NCBI GenBank assembly: GCA_036679645.1
Contig: JAZDCY010000035.1
Span: 32,001-96,000, forward strand
Direction of reading: 5' to 3'
DNA: 64,000 nucleotides
DNA from: Gemmatimonadota bacterium
Lineage (GTDB): Bacteria > Gemmatimonadota > Gemmatimonadetes > Gemmatimonadales > GWC2-71-9
Each line of letters starts with the position of its first letter. The stretch's first letter is position 1. Both the position numbers and the translations under genes were made by a program. A model generated the notes under the pieces. It searched no databases. It saw only the letters and a program-made list of their open reading frames with translations, and was not told where the DNA came from. Of the stretch, positions 20,110-29,801 are shown in pieces.

Positions 20110-21404
20110 GGATACAGCCGAGTCATCATGCGGGGGAAGGCAATGGCCTCGCGGATGTGTGGGATTCCGCAGATCCAGGCGACGGTTCGTTCGACCCCGA
20201 GCCCGAACCCCGAGTGCACAAACGTCCCGTATCGCCGCAGATCGAGATACCACTCATAGGCGTCTTCGGGCAGTTTCTCCTCGCGTATGCGCGCCAGGAG
20301 TTTGTCGTGGTCGTCTTCCCGTTGGCTCCCGCCGATGATCTCGCCGTAGCCTTCGGGGGCCAGACAGTCATTGCACAGCACCGTGCGCGGATCGTCCGGA
20401 TTCTCCTTCATGTAGAAGGCCTTCACGTTTCGCGGGTAATTGTAGACGAGCACCGGCCGGTCGAATTGCTCGGCCAGCAGAGTCTCGTCATCCGCGCCCA
20501 GGTCGTGGCCCCACTCGACGTCGCTGTCGAGCGTCTGGAGCTTGGCCACGGCATCGGTGTAGGAGATGCGGTGGAATGGTGGGGTCACGCGTTCGAGCGG
20601 CGCGGGGTCCCGCTCCAGCACCTCGAGATCCGTCTTGCGACGGTCGAGGCATCTGGCGACGATGTACGAGACGAAGTCTTCTTGGAGCCGCATGTTGTCG
20701 TCCGACGTATGCCAGGCGACCTCCGGCTCGACCATCCAAAACTCGGTGAGATGGCGACGCGTCTTCGATTTTTCCGCACGGAACGTAGGCCCAAAACAGT
20801 AGACCTTGCCCAGCGCAGCGGCGGCGGCCTCGACGTAGAGCTGACCGGTTTGCGCAAGGTAGGCCTTGCCCATATCGAAGTACTCGGTCTCAAACAGCGT
20901 GCCCGCGGTTTCGCCGATGGACCCGGTCAGCAGCGGCGTATCGACCAGCGTGAAATCGCGCTCGTAAAAGAAGTCACGGATCGCCTGCACGACCTCGTGC
21001 CGGACACGCATGATCGCGACCTGTCGTCGGCTGCGGAGCCAGAGGTGCCGGTGCTCGAGCAGGAACGCGGTGCCGTGCTCTTTGGGAGAGATGGGGTACT
21101 CGAGACTTTCTCCAAGGACACTGATGTCGGTGACCGACAATTCCACGCCGCCGGGCGATCGTTCATCGGCCCGCGCCTCGCCGGTGAGCGACACGGCCGT
21201 CTCCTGGGTCAACGACTTGAACAGGTCCCACACGGGTTCTGCCACCTCTTTGCGAAGCAGGACACCTTGCAGGTAACCGGTGCCGTCGCGGACGGTGACA
21301 AACCCGATTTTCCCGCTCGATCGGCTCGTCATCACCCACCCGCGGACCGTGACACGATTGCCCGCACGCTGCGGCAGCTCAGAGATGGACGCTGTATCAG
21401 GCAT
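20106..21404 (-). CDS. asnS: Asparagine--tRNA ligase
   Basis: OB-fold with RDGTG, AQTGQLY, FRAEKSKTRRHLTEFWMVEPE, GEIIGGSQRE, GFGLGVER. Confidence 0.96.
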   Translation of the reverse strand: MPDTASISELPQRAGNRVTVRGWVMTSRSSGKIGFVTVRDGTGYLQGVLLRKEVAEPVWDLFKSLTQETAVSLTGEARADERSPGGVELSVTDISVLGESLEYPISPKEHGTAFLLEHRHLWLRSRRQVAIMRVRHEVVQAIRDFFYERDFTLVDTPLLTGSIGETAGTLFETEYFDMGKAYLAQTGQLYVEAAAAALGKVYCFGPTFRAEKSKTRRHLTEFWMVEPEVAWHTSDDNMRLQEDFVSYIVARCLDRRKTDLEVLERDPAPLERVTPPFHRISYTDAVAKLQTLDSDVEWGHDLGADDETLLAEQFDRPVLVYNYPRNVKAFYMKENPDDPRTVLCNDCLAPEGYGEIIGGSQREDDHDKLLARIREEKLPEDAYEWYLDLRRYGTFVHSGFGLGVERTVAWICGIPHIREAIAFPRMMTRLYP

Positions 21405-21413
21405 GCGGCGGGT

Positions 21414-21442
21414 ATGCTAGCCATAGCCTTGGGGGGTGTCAA
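21414..21442 (-). promoter_or_regulatory. Putative sigma70 promoter of asnS
   Basis: TTGACA(21442-21437)-17 bp-TAGCAT(21419-21414), 9 nt before the asnS ATG. Confidence 0.6.
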
Positions 21443-22511
21443 CGCGGCATGCGGCGCCGCCGCACGACGCGCTCCGTCTTCCGACCCGGCACAATGGGTC
21501 AGCTACCTGGGTAACCCGCGGCACGCCACGTCTGCCAACGAGCACCTCGCGGCAGAACTCGTCCCGTCCTGGCACGTATCGATAGGCAAGGCCGCTTCCG
21601 GCCCGCCCGCCATCGGGGACGAAGTGGTGGTCATCCTGGGTTTTAATCGCGCGCTGCAGCTCTTCGACCGACAGAGCGGAGCGCGTGCGTGGCGCGTGCG
21701 CCTCAACACCGCCGGCGTCGGTGGGCCGCTGCTTGCGGGAGACCGCATCTATGCGGCGACCGGCGGCCGTGAGGGCCGCGTGTACGCCCTGCGGCTCGCC
21801 AACGGCTCCCGTATCTGGCGTCGCGACATCGGGGCCGTGAGCCCACCCATCGCGACCGCGACCGATCGCGTCCTCGCCGTTACGGAAACGGGACGCGTTG
21901 TGGGACTCGACGCCACTGACGGCGAGGTTGTCTGGCGCCAACGCCTCGGCGGCCCGGTTCGCGCGGGCGTCATGGTGGTGGGCACCCGCGCCATCGTCGC
22001 CACGGACGACTCGATCTTCGTGCTCGCACCCGCTGACGGCGAGATCCTCACTCGGGCATCCCTGCCGGGCGCGCTCATTGCCCCGCCCGCCGCGGTCGGA
22101 GACACCCTTATCCTCGCCTCGGCCGGTGGGTTCATCGCGGCCATGTCAGTCCCCGACCTGGAGATGCTCTGGCGTGTCGAATTGGACGACCCCGTCTTTG
22201 CGAGCCCTGCGGTGGCGCGGGACACGATCGTCGTCGTGACGCTCACGGGGAAGCTGTGGCACATCCCGGTCGCCGACCCGGAGTCGAGGCGCGTATTAGA
22301 CTTGGAGGCGCCGGTGCGCGCCGCTCCGGCACCCATTGCCAACGGGGTGCTCGTCGGAACGATTCAGGGCGAGGTCCTATTCGTCCCGGCGGGAGGCGGC
22401 AGCGCCGTCACGCGCGTTCGTGTCGAGGGACCGATCGAACAGCAGCCCATCGTGCGTGACGGGACACTCTTTGTCGTAGACGGCGTTGGAGGGATGCACG
22501 CGTGGAAATAG
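21414..22511 (+). CDS. PQQ-like beta-propeller (BamB-like) protein, possible lipoprotein
   Basis: Repeated propeller blades (e.g. ALRLANGSRIW, LDATDGEVVW) and a possible NAAC lipobox. Start uncertain. Confidence 0.8.
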   Translation: MLAIALGGVNAACGAAARRAPSSDPAQWVSYLGNPRHATSANEHLAAELVPSWHVSIGKAASGPPAIGDEVVVILGFNRALQLFDRQSGARAWRVRLNTAGVGGPLLAGDRIYAATGGREGRVYALRLANGSRIWRRDIGAVSPPIATATDRVLAVTETGRVVGLDATDGEVVWRQRLGGPVRAGVMVVGTRAIVATDDSIFVLAPADGEILTRASLPGALIAPPAAVGDTLILASAGGFIAAMSVPDLEMLWRVELDDPVFASPAVARDTIVVVTLTGKLWHIPVADPESRRVLDLEAPVRAAPAPIANGVLVGTIQGEVLFVPAGGGSAVTRVRVEGPIEQQPIVRDGTLFVVDGVGGMHAWK

Positions 22512-23050
22512 CGGACAAGTACAGAAGGTTTCGCGCGTTGCGCACACGACCGTCATGGAGCCGTACGGCGGCGACAAGCGCCCTCGTGTTCCTTGCGGCC
22601 ACGCTCCCCCTCTCCTCGTCCGCCACGGCACAACAGCCTCCCGACACGCAGACCCACCGTCCATGGGTGATTTCGTTTGCCCAGTGGGCAAAATGGGGCA
22701 CGTTGGCGTCTGCCGTAGGGCTCGCCGCGGTCGCGATCTTTCGCAACGACGACGCCAACGAAGTGTTCCGCGGCCTGAACCGGTTCTGTGCCGCCGCGCC
22801 CGATGCGTGTTTCCTGGGTGATGACGGCCGATACGTCGATGCGAGCGCCGAGATCCTCTACGACGAAACCCTGCGGATCGATCGTCAGGCCCGGGCGTGG
22901 ATGGTGGCCGGCCAGGTGGTGCTCGCCGCCTCGGGTGTCCTCTTTTTGGTCGACCTGGTCACCGGTGACGACGGACCGAGGAACATCCCCTTCGCGCCGC
23001 TCGAAGTGTTCACGACCGGGCACCACACCGGGTTCCGCGTCCGCTTCTAG
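22502..23050 (+). CDS. Hypothetical membrane protein
   Basis: Signal-like segment and two hydrophobic helices. Overlaps the upstream gene on the same strand. Confidence 0.6.
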   Translation: MEIADKYRRFRALRTRPSWSRTAATSALVFLAATLPLSSSATAQQPPDTQTHRPWVISFAQWAKWGTLASAVGLAAVAIFRNDDANEVFRGLNRFCAAAPDACFLGDDGRYVDASAEILYDETLRIDRQARAWMVAGQVVLAASGVLFLVDLVTGDDGPRNIPFAPLEVFTTGHHTGFRVRF

Positions 23051-23086
23051 TCGGGCGGAGCGCCCACAAACACAGGAGCAGTCTCG

Positions 23087-23419
23087 ATGTCGAGTTCTCT
23101 CGCCGACAAACAGTGTGTGCCCTGCCGCGGCGGCGTACCGCCGCTAGCAGGCGCGGAGCGCGATCGGCTCCTCGCAGAGTTGGGTGGCAACTGGCAGGTG
23201 CAGGACGATCATCATCTGTACAAGGAGTTCCGGTTCGAGGATTTCCAGACCGCGCTCGACTTCACGAACCGGGTTGGTGCGGTGGCAGAGGCACAGGGCC
23301 ACCACCCGGACATTTTTCTCTCGTGGGGCAAGGTGGGGATCAAGATCTGGACTCACGCGATCGACGGACTCACGGAGAGCGACTTCATTTTCGCGGCAAA
23401 GGCGGACGCGATCGATTAA
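23087..23419 (+). CDS. phhB: Pterin-4-alpha-carbinolamine dehydratase
   Basis: CVPCRGG, AEAQGHHPDI, WTHAIDGLTESDFIFAAK. SD-like AGGAG upstream. Confidence 0.93.
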   Translation: MSSSLADKQCVPCRGGVPPLAGAERDRLLAELGGNWQVQDDHHLYKEFRFEDFQTALDFTNRVGAVAEAQGHHPDIFLSWGKVGIKIWTHAIDGLTESDFIFAAKADAID

Positions 23420-23514
23420 GGCATATCTCGGCGCTCTCCGCGTTCTATCGGTAATTCATCTCCGCTCTTCGAGCGCCAGCAGGGATTTCGGACATGACGT
23501 GGGTTGCGCAGAGC

Positions 23515-23557
23515 TTGTCGGGCGTGGAGTATGGCCATATGTTTGAGTATGGCCATA
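23515..23557 (+). promoter_or_regulatory. Toxin-antitoxin promoter with two palindromic operator sites
   Basis: TTGTCG-17 bp-TATGTT, with TATGGCCATA palindromes at 23530-23539 and 23548-23557. Confidence 0.7.
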
Positions 23558-23824
23558 CCTCGCGTGAAGTCGACTTACTCGCTTGATCTCGAAACCGCGG
23601 CGGCGCTAGACGACCTGGCGCGCCGCTGGGGCGTATCTAAGTCGGAGGTGCTGCATCGTGCCATCCGGGCGGCGGCAAAGGCCGAGGAGCGTGGCGCCGG
23701 TGGTCCGGTCGGCGCACTCGATGCGCTGCAGGCGTCGGCGCACCTGACGCGTGCGACGGCGGACGCGTGGGTCCGTGAGGTCAGGGCCGAGCGGCAAGCG
23801 ACCGCCCGCAAGGGGAGGCAGTGA
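23549..23824 (+). CDS. CopG/ribbon-helix-helix antitoxin
   Basis: KSTYSLD...LDDLARRWGVSKSEVLHRAI RHH pattern. GTGA overlap with the PIN toxin gene. Confidence 0.85.
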   Translation: MAIPRVKSTYSLDLETAAALDDLARRWGVSKSEVLHRAIRAAAKAEERGAGGPVGALDALQASAHLTRATADAWVREVRAERQATARKGRQ

Positions 23825-24201
23825 TTCATCTGGACACGAGCTTTCTGATTCGCGCGTTGGTAGCGGGGTCGGGGGAAGACCGCCGTCTGCGGAGCTGGCT
23901 CGAGCGGAGGATCCCGTTGGCGGTGAGCGCCATCGCGTGGGCTGAATTCTTGTGCGGGCCGATCTCCTCGGCCCAGCAGACGCTCGGCGCCCGGGTGGTG
24001 GGCGCGCCGGTGTCCTTCGGTGCCTTGGACGCCCGCCTCGCCGCGTCGCTGTTCAACGGGAGCGGCCGCCGCCGCGGGACGCTCGCTGACTGCATGATCG
24101 CCGCGGTCGCCATCCGGGCCGAAGCACAGCTCGCGACTGCAGATCCCAGAGGTTTCGCAGGATTCCAGGCGGAGGGGCTCGACCTAGCGACTGACGAATA
24201 G
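23821..24201 (+). CDS. vapC: VapC-type PIN-domain toxin
   Basis: LDTSFLI, AEFL, ADCMIAA, LATAD acidic PIN residues. Confidence 0.9.
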   Translation: MIHLDTSFLIRALVAGSGEDRRLRSWLERRIPLAVSAIAWAEFLCGPISSAQQTLGARVVGAPVSFGALDARLAASLFNGSGRRRGTLADCMIAAVAIRAEAQLATADPRGFAGFQAEGLDLATDE

Positions 24202-24287
24202 CTCCCCGCACATCCGTTCCGCCACTCCTATTCCAGATCGCAGTTCGGAGAAGGGCTAATGGCGATCTGCGATGGCCCAGCCTTCAC

Positions 24288-26387
24288 TCACCCGACACGA
24301 AACAGCTCCACGCCCCGCTCATAGCGACGCTCGATCCGCTTCCGAAGCGGACGGTGCTCCGATAGCTCCAGGCCGGGATCGCGGTCCAGCACGCGTCTCG
24401 CCTCGCGCCGCGCGATCCGGATGAGAGCGGCGTCAGTCGCAAAGTCCGTGAACCGCAGCGCAATGCCACCCGACTGGCGCGCGCCAGCCAGTTCACCCAT
24501 GCCGCGCTCCCTGAGATCCATCTCGGCGATTTTGAAACCGTCGGTCGTGCGCGCGAAGCTGCGCACCCGATCCCGTGCCTCCCAGGCGTCGGTCAGGAGA
24601 ATGCAGTGGCTCTCTGCGGCGCCCCGCCCCACTCGGCCACGCAGCTGATGGAGTTGGGCGAGGCCAAACCGCTCGGGGTGCTCGATCAGCATCACCGTGG
24701 CATTCGGAACGTCGATACCCACCTCGATAACCGTCGTCGCCACGAGCACATCGAGCGCGCCGTCGCGAAACCGGCGCATCACGTCGTCGCGGTCGTCGGC
24801 CGGCATGCGGCCGTGCACAAGATCGACACTGGCCGGCGCGAGCGTCTTGGCCAGCTCAGCGGCCATCTTGGTTGCCGCCCGCAGATCGAGTTGCTCCGAT
24901 TCGTCAATCACAGGATAAACCACGTATGCCTGGCGGCCACCTGCGCACTGGTCGCGCAGAAAGCCATAGACCTGCGCGCGGTCTTTCCCCGTGCGGACGC
25001 CCGTCTTCACCGGTGTGCGGCCCGGGGGCTTGTCCTTCAGCGCCGAAATATCGAGATCGCCGTAGAGGGTCAGGGCGAGCGTCCGCGGAATCGGTGTCGC
25101 CGATAACAGCAGGACATCGGGTGCCTCACCCTTCTCGATGAGCGCGGCACGTTGCTCCACACCAAACCGGTGTTGCTCGTCAATCACCACCAGTCCTAGA
25201 CGCTGGAACGCGGTGGTCTCCTGGATCAACGCGTGCGTGCCCACGACGAGTGCCGCTTCACCTGCGGCGATGCGCTCCCGCGCTGCGCGCTTAGCTGCGC
25301 CGCCCTGCTTCCCGAGCAGCAGTGTGGGCTCGAGACCGAGCGGCTCGAGCAGATCCGTGAGCGTGCGCGCGTGCTGCTCGGCGAGCAGCTCGGTGGGAGC
25401 CATCAGAACAGCCTGGTACTCGTTCTCAAGCGCGAGCAACATCGCAAAGAGTGCAACGACCGTCTTCCCCGCCCCGACATCACCCATGAGCAATCGGTGC
25501 ATGCGCGCATCCGACGTCATATCCGCGGTGATCTCGCGGACCGCCTTCTTCTGGCCGGCGGTGAGCGCAAAGGGCAGTGCGTCTTTCAACGCTGTAGTGA
25601 GACGTTTGTGGTTGACGAACTGCGCGCCGCGGCGGGCGTGTTTAGCGAGATGGCGGGCACGGGCCACGACGAGCTGCAAGTCGAACAGCTCATCGAAGGC
25701 GAGACGGCGGCGGCCGGCTTCCCCTGGCCTCGACTCGTCCTGGCCGGCTCCGGCGCGAGCGGGGCCGGGACGGTGGAGCACATCAAATGCCTCGCGCAGC
25801 CCCACGACCTTGGCAGCTGCGCGTATGCGATCGGGCAGAATGTCCTCGACCGTTTGCAGTATTGCGTCCAGGTTCAGCGAGACGATCCGTCGAATCACGC
25901 GGTGGCTCAGGCCTTCTGTCGCCGGATAGACGGGAATGACGATGCCCTCTCCATCCGCTTCGCCACCACTTTCTTCGCCCTCGTCCAGGATGATCTGCTC
26001 GCGCGGTGAGAGCTGCCGCCCATGGTAGTGCTTCACCGGACCGGTCACGAGCAGCAACTGTCCGACCTTGATCGTCCGATCGAGAAACGCCTGACCCGGC
26101 CAGGCACACTCGATGACCCCGGACCCGTCGCGCAGGATCACTCGGAAAATGCGCAGCCGGCGTCGAGTCGGCAGCACGCCCTTCGAGACGACGCGCCCGA
26201 CCACGGTCACATCCGACCCGACTGTCGCCTGCGCTATGGGCGTGATCGCCGACGCATCGATGTAGCGGTGCGGAGTGTGATAGAGAAGATCCTCGACCGT
26301 GCGCACGTCCATGCGCGCAAACACCTCGGCCCGGCGTGGTCCCACCGACTTGAGGAACTGAACGGAGGTGTCGAGGCGGATCGCCAT
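24288..26387 (-). CDS. recG: ATP-dependent DNA helicase RecG
   Basis: RRRLAFDE, GDVGAGKT, DEQHRFG, SATPIPRTL, QLHQLRGRVGRG. Confidence 0.97.
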   Translation of the reverse strand: MAIRLDTSVQFLKSVGPRRAEVFARMDVRTVEDLLYHTPHRYIDASAITPIAQATVGSDVTVVGRVVSKGVLPTRRRLRIFRVILRDGSGVIECAWPGQAFLDRTIKVGQLLLVTGPVKHYHGRQLSPREQIILDEGEESGGEADGEGIVIPVYPATEGLSHRVIRRIVSLNLDAILQTVEDILPDRIRAAAKVVGLREAFDVLHRPGPARAGAGQDESRPGEAGRRRLAFDELFDLQLVVARARHLAKHARRGAQFVNHKRLTTALKDALPFALTAGQKKAVREITADMTSDARMHRLLMGDVGAGKTVVALFAMLLALENEYQAVLMAPTELLAEQHARTLTDLLEPLGLEPTLLLGKQGGAAKRAARERIAAGEAALVVGTHALIQETTAFQRLGLVVIDEQHRFGVEQRAALIEKGEAPDVLLLSATPIPRTLALTLYGDLDISALKDKPPGRTPVKTGVRTGKDRAQVYGFLRDQCAGGRQAYVVYPVIDESEQLDLRAATKMAAELAKTLAPASVDLVHGRMPADDRDDVMRRFRDGALDVLVATTVIEVGIDVPNATVMLIEHPERFGLAQLHQLRGRVGRGAAESHCILLTDAWEARDRVRSFARTTDGFKIAEMDLRERGMGELAGARQSGGIALRFTDFATDAALIRIARREARRVLDRDPGLELSEHRPLRKRIERRYERGVELFRVG

Positions 26388-27280
26388 CACCCCGCGAGGA
26401 CGCGATCGGCAAACCGCACCGGATCGAAGGCCTCGAGATCGTCGAGGCCTTCACCCACACCGACGAACCTGATGGGTACACCCAGCTCACGACCGATCGA
26501 CGCCGCCGCCCCACCCTTGGCGGTTCCGTCGAGTTTGGTGATGATCAGCCCCGTCACCGGGACCGCCTCGATGAACGATCGCCCCTGCTGGATGGCATTC
26601 TGCCCCACCGTCCCGTCCAGCACGAGGAAAGACTCGTGGGGAGCACCCGGACACCGTCGCTCGATGACGCGCACAACTTTGCGTAACTCATCCATCAGAT
26701 CGCCGTGTGTGTGCAGCCGACCTGCGGTATCGACAAGGGCCACATCAATCTCGCGCGCCTGTGCGGCGGTAACGGCATCGAACGCGACTGCCGCCGGATC
26801 GCCTCGCGCGGTTCCCACCACACAGGGAACGTCGAGCCGCCGGGCCCAGACTTGCAGTTGCTCACTCGCGCCCGCGCGGTACGTATCCGCCGCGGCCAAC
26901 AGCACGCGCTTCCCCTCACCGATCAGACGGTGCGCGAGTTTCGCGATCTGCGTCGTCTTGCCCACGCCGTTCACCCCCAGCACCACGATCACCGCCGGAG
27001 GTGTGGTGCCGAGGTTCAGTCCGTCCGGTGCTCCTACTTGCGTGAACTGTTCCGCTATCTGGTCGCGCAGCCAGTCACGCATGGCAGCCTCCGAGCGCAG
27101 ATCACCGCGACGCAGTTTGTCGTGCAGCGATTCGGTGAGGTCGAAGGCGGCGGCACCAAAATCCGCTTCGACCAAGACGCGCTCCACCCGATCGAGCGCA
27201 TCGCGATCCAGCCCTTTGGCCAGCACGGCAACATCGGTGAGGGCCAGTCGCTTGATCTTGGACCAGACCCCACCGCTCAC
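26387..27280 (-). CDS. ftsY: Signal recognition particle receptor FtsY
   Basis: GVNGVGKTT, DTYRAGA, DTAGRLH, TKLDGTAKGG, GVGE. Start set at the GTGA overlap. Confidence 0.95.
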   Translation of the reverse strand: MSGGVWSKIKRLALTDVAVLAKGLDRDALDRVERVLVEADFGAAAFDLTESLHDKLRRGDLRSEAAMRDWLRDQIAEQFTQVGAPDGLNLGTTPPAVIVVLGVNGVGKTTQIAKLAHRLIGEGKRVLLAAADTYRAGASEQLQVWARRLDVPCVVGTARGDPAAVAFDAVTAAQAREIDVALVDTAGRLHTHGDLMDELRKVVRVIERRCPGAPHESFLVLDGTVGQNAIQQGRSFIEAVPVTGLIITKLDGTAKGGAAASIGRELGVPIRFVGVGEGLDDLEAFDPVRFADRVLAG

Positions 27281-29097
27281 GGAAGCCCCCGGCGCGTGCG
27301 CCATGCCCACTCGCCAACCAGCGCCGCGACGGCAAGCACATACACCCACCAGAATTCCCGCGCGTTGCGGAGCAGCGTGTACCCGCTACCCGCCGCAGCG
27401 GACGCAGCAACCGTCACGGGACCGGGCGGATACTCGTCGGAGAACGCCTCTACGACCGTCATCCCCTGTGCGCCGGATCTCCCGTCGATGCGCCACCGAT
27501 ACACGCCCGGATCGAGACGTAGACTCGCACGCCGCTGGTCGTCGAACACCAGCGGGACGGCGTATGTGGAATCGGGTCCCGTCAACTGCACGAGCGGCTC
27601 CGCCGGCGGGTCTCCCGCCCACCAGCTGAACACGACGGGCACACCTCGCGGCACGACCGGTGTCGCCGTGACGGTAACCCCCGGGGCCGCGCCGGTACCG
27701 CCAAGCAGCCAATCAACCCCGGCGGCCAGGAGCGCACGGTATGCTTCCGCAGAGGCTCCACCCCGCAACGACCAGCGCCACAGACCGCCTGCGGCGATGG
27801 TCATCTCGCGGATCCCGGCGGAATCCCGACCGACGAGAACGGGCCGCTCGGCGCCGCGCCGCCCGAGGCGCCCCGATAACGCGATCCACTCGCCTTCAAC
27901 CGGAGCAATCGGCACGATGCCGGTGAGCGGCGGGAGCGAATCCCACTCGATTGCGCCCAGCAGCCCTCCCAACGGTGAGGCGGGAACGGTCCCAACCGGG
28001 TACCAATCGCCTGCCGTGAAGCGAACGGTCGCGCTCGCGCTGGGCCACCGCCATCGGGGCTGCCGGCTCGCAGTTGCGGGCCAGTCGCCACGGACGATGA
28101 GAAGCGCCGCACGCCGCGCGGCACGCCGCACCCGGTCGACCGTAACCGGCTCTAGCGACTGCATGTCGATCCACCGATCCTCGACAATTTGCGCAAAACC
28201 CCGAATCGTCGCCTCGGTGACGTCGCGCAGTGTCGTCATGAGAAACCGGCTCTCCCAGTCAGCGGGCCGGGCCACGAGAACGATTGCGGGAAGTGCGGAT
28301 ACGGTGACCATGCGCTCCCGCCGGTCGTCCGCCGGCTCCTGATCACCCGCCGTGTTGAGTGCGATGGACAGCACGTGTTTCCCCGCGTCCAGGGCACCCT
28401 GCGGAATGCGGAGGGTACGCCGCCCGACACCAGGTGGCGGCGGCAACCGAACGGATTCTCGCGCGATGACACGGCCCTCGTCGGTGATTTCGACCCATGC
28501 GGAATCCGTCGTCAACGCGCCCCACGTGCCAACTTCCAGCGTGACCGTGATCGAGTCCTCGACCCGCACGCGCTCCGGCAGCGCCGCATCGAGCAGCGCG
28601 GCGTTCGGCACTGTATCGCGGGGGAACACCACGACAGTGACGTTTTCGCGCAAAGCCGGTGGCAGCGCGTCGAAGTCGCTCAGCTCGCCATCGGTCAGGA
28701 GGTACACGGGGCCGCCCCGTCCAGCGGCCGCCTGGAGACCAGCCCGCGCCGTAGAGATACCTGCGGTAGGGGGGGACGAATCGAACGGGGCGACCCCGTC
28801 GCCGACACGAAGAATGACGCCACGGTCGCCGGCGATCGCCCTGGCGGAATCGCGCGCAGCGGCCCAGTGTCCTCCCTCCACCGAGAGAGAGAGAGAGGCA
28901 TCGAGTAACACGGTCGGTGGGCCGGCGTCCGCCGACCGCTCACCCATCGGATTCACCAACAGGATCAAGAGCGCGCCGAGGGCGGTCGTGCGCAACGCCG
29001 CCATCCCGACCCCCTGCACACCGAGCCGCTCCCGCACGAGGTATACGAACACGGCGCCGCCCGCCACGACGAGAGTCGCGACGATCACGCCAAACAT
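27277..29097 (-). CDS. Membrane-anchored protein with a degenerate vWA-like domain and an Ig-like domain
   Basis: Two N-terminal TMs, LLDASLS and LLTDG MIDAS-like motifs, C-terminal TM with EWAWRTRRGL. Confidence 0.65.
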   Translation of the reverse strand: MFGVIVATLVVAGGAVFVYLVRERLGVQGVGMAALRTTALGALLILLVNPMGERSADAGPPTVLLDASLSLSVEGGHWAAARDSARAIAGDRGVILRVGDGVAPFDSSPPTAGISTARAGLQAAAGRGGPVYLLTDGELSDFDALPPALRENVTVVVFPRDTVPNAALLDAALPERVRVEDSITVTLEVGTWGALTTDSAWVEITDEGRVIARESVRLPPPPGVGRRTLRIPQGALDAGKHVLSIALNTAGDQEPADDRRERMVTVSALPAIVLVARPADWESRFLMTTLRDVTEATIRGFAQIVEDRWIDMQSLEPVTVDRVRRAARRAALLIVRGDWPATASRQPRWRWPSASATVRFTAGDWYPVGTVPASPLGGLLGAIEWDSLPPLTGIVPIAPVEGEWIALSGRLGRRGAERPVLVGRDSAGIREMTIAAGGLWRWSLRGGASAEAYRALLAAGVDWLLGGTGAAPGVTVTATPVVPRGVPVVFSWWAGDPPAEPLVQLTGPDSTYAVPLVFDDQRRASLRLDPGVYRWRIDGRSGAQGMTVVEAFSDEYPPGPVTVAASAAAGSGYTLLRNAREFWWVYVLAVAALVGEWAWRTRRGLP

Positions 29098-29768
29098 GCC
29101 ATCGCCTCTTCCAGCGAAAAACGTCCATCGTGGATGGCCCGACCCACGAGGACGGCACCAATTCCCGCGGCATCCGCCCGCCGCAGCTCCTCGAGCGACG
29201 CAATCCCGCCTGCCAGTACCACCGACGCGCCGCGGCCGACCAGCGCGGTCGCCCCGGCGAGATCGGCGCCGTCTAGTTGACCGTCACGTGCCAGATCACG
29301 GTAGACGACGGTCCGCACCCCGGCCGCAACGGCGAGATCGACCAGCTCCGTCGGCGTCGTTTTGGGAGACTCACCACCCGTCCTGGCGGAGACCCTCCCG
29401 TCCCGCACGTCGATACCGGCCGCGAGACGGTCCGGACCGAACGTCGCTGCCAGCTCGTGCATGGTAGTCGCCACGGCGCTTGCGCCGATAACGACGCGAT
29501 CGATCCCCCATGCCAGCGCCTCGCCAATCGAGTCCGTGTCTCCTAGCCCGCCCCCGAGCTGCACGTGAACGCCATCGAGAGCAGCCACTCGCTGGACCGT
29601 GGGCGTGTTGTCTCCCCTTCCAAACACCCGATCCATGTCGACCACATGGATCCACGACACGCCGGCTGCCCGCAGGGCACGCGCTTCCGCAACCGGATCG
29701 CCGGAAGTCCCGCGCGAGCCGCGCGCGAGCTGTCCGCGCTCAATATCGATCGCCGGAAGAATCAGCAC
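29085..29768 (-). CDS. hisA: HisA/HisF-family TIM-barrel protein (HisA-like, divergent)
   Basis: ILPAID, IHVVDMD, QLGGG, LAGGIASLEEL, VGRAIHDG. Confidence 0.75.
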   Translation of the reverse strand: MLILPAIDIERGQLARGSRGTSGDPVAEARALRAAGVSWIHVVDMDRVFGRGDNTPTVQRVAALDGVHVQLGGGLGDTDSIGEALAWGIDRVVIGASAVATTMHELAATFGPDRLAAGIDVRDGRVSARTGGESPKTTPTELVDLAVAAGVRTVVYRDLARDGQLDGADLAGATALVGRGASVVLAGGIASLEELRRADAAGIGAVLVGRAIHDGRFSLEEAMACLA

Positions 29769-29801
29769 GGCTATGTATACCCAGAAGGACAGCGGTGTGA
29801 T

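Noticed and set aside
20157..21413. N-terminal half of the 784-aa plus-strand ORF
   Set aside because: It is antisense to asnS. Propeller repeats begin only after about 21414.
23420..23514. Possible small repeat element or ncRNA between phhB and the TA module
   Set aside because: No second copy or convincing secondary structure was found within the window.
24233..24269. Inverted repeat CAGATCGC...GCGATCTG between vapC and recG as a terminator
   Set aside because: The loop is about 21 nt and there is no U-tract on either strand, so it is too weak to call.
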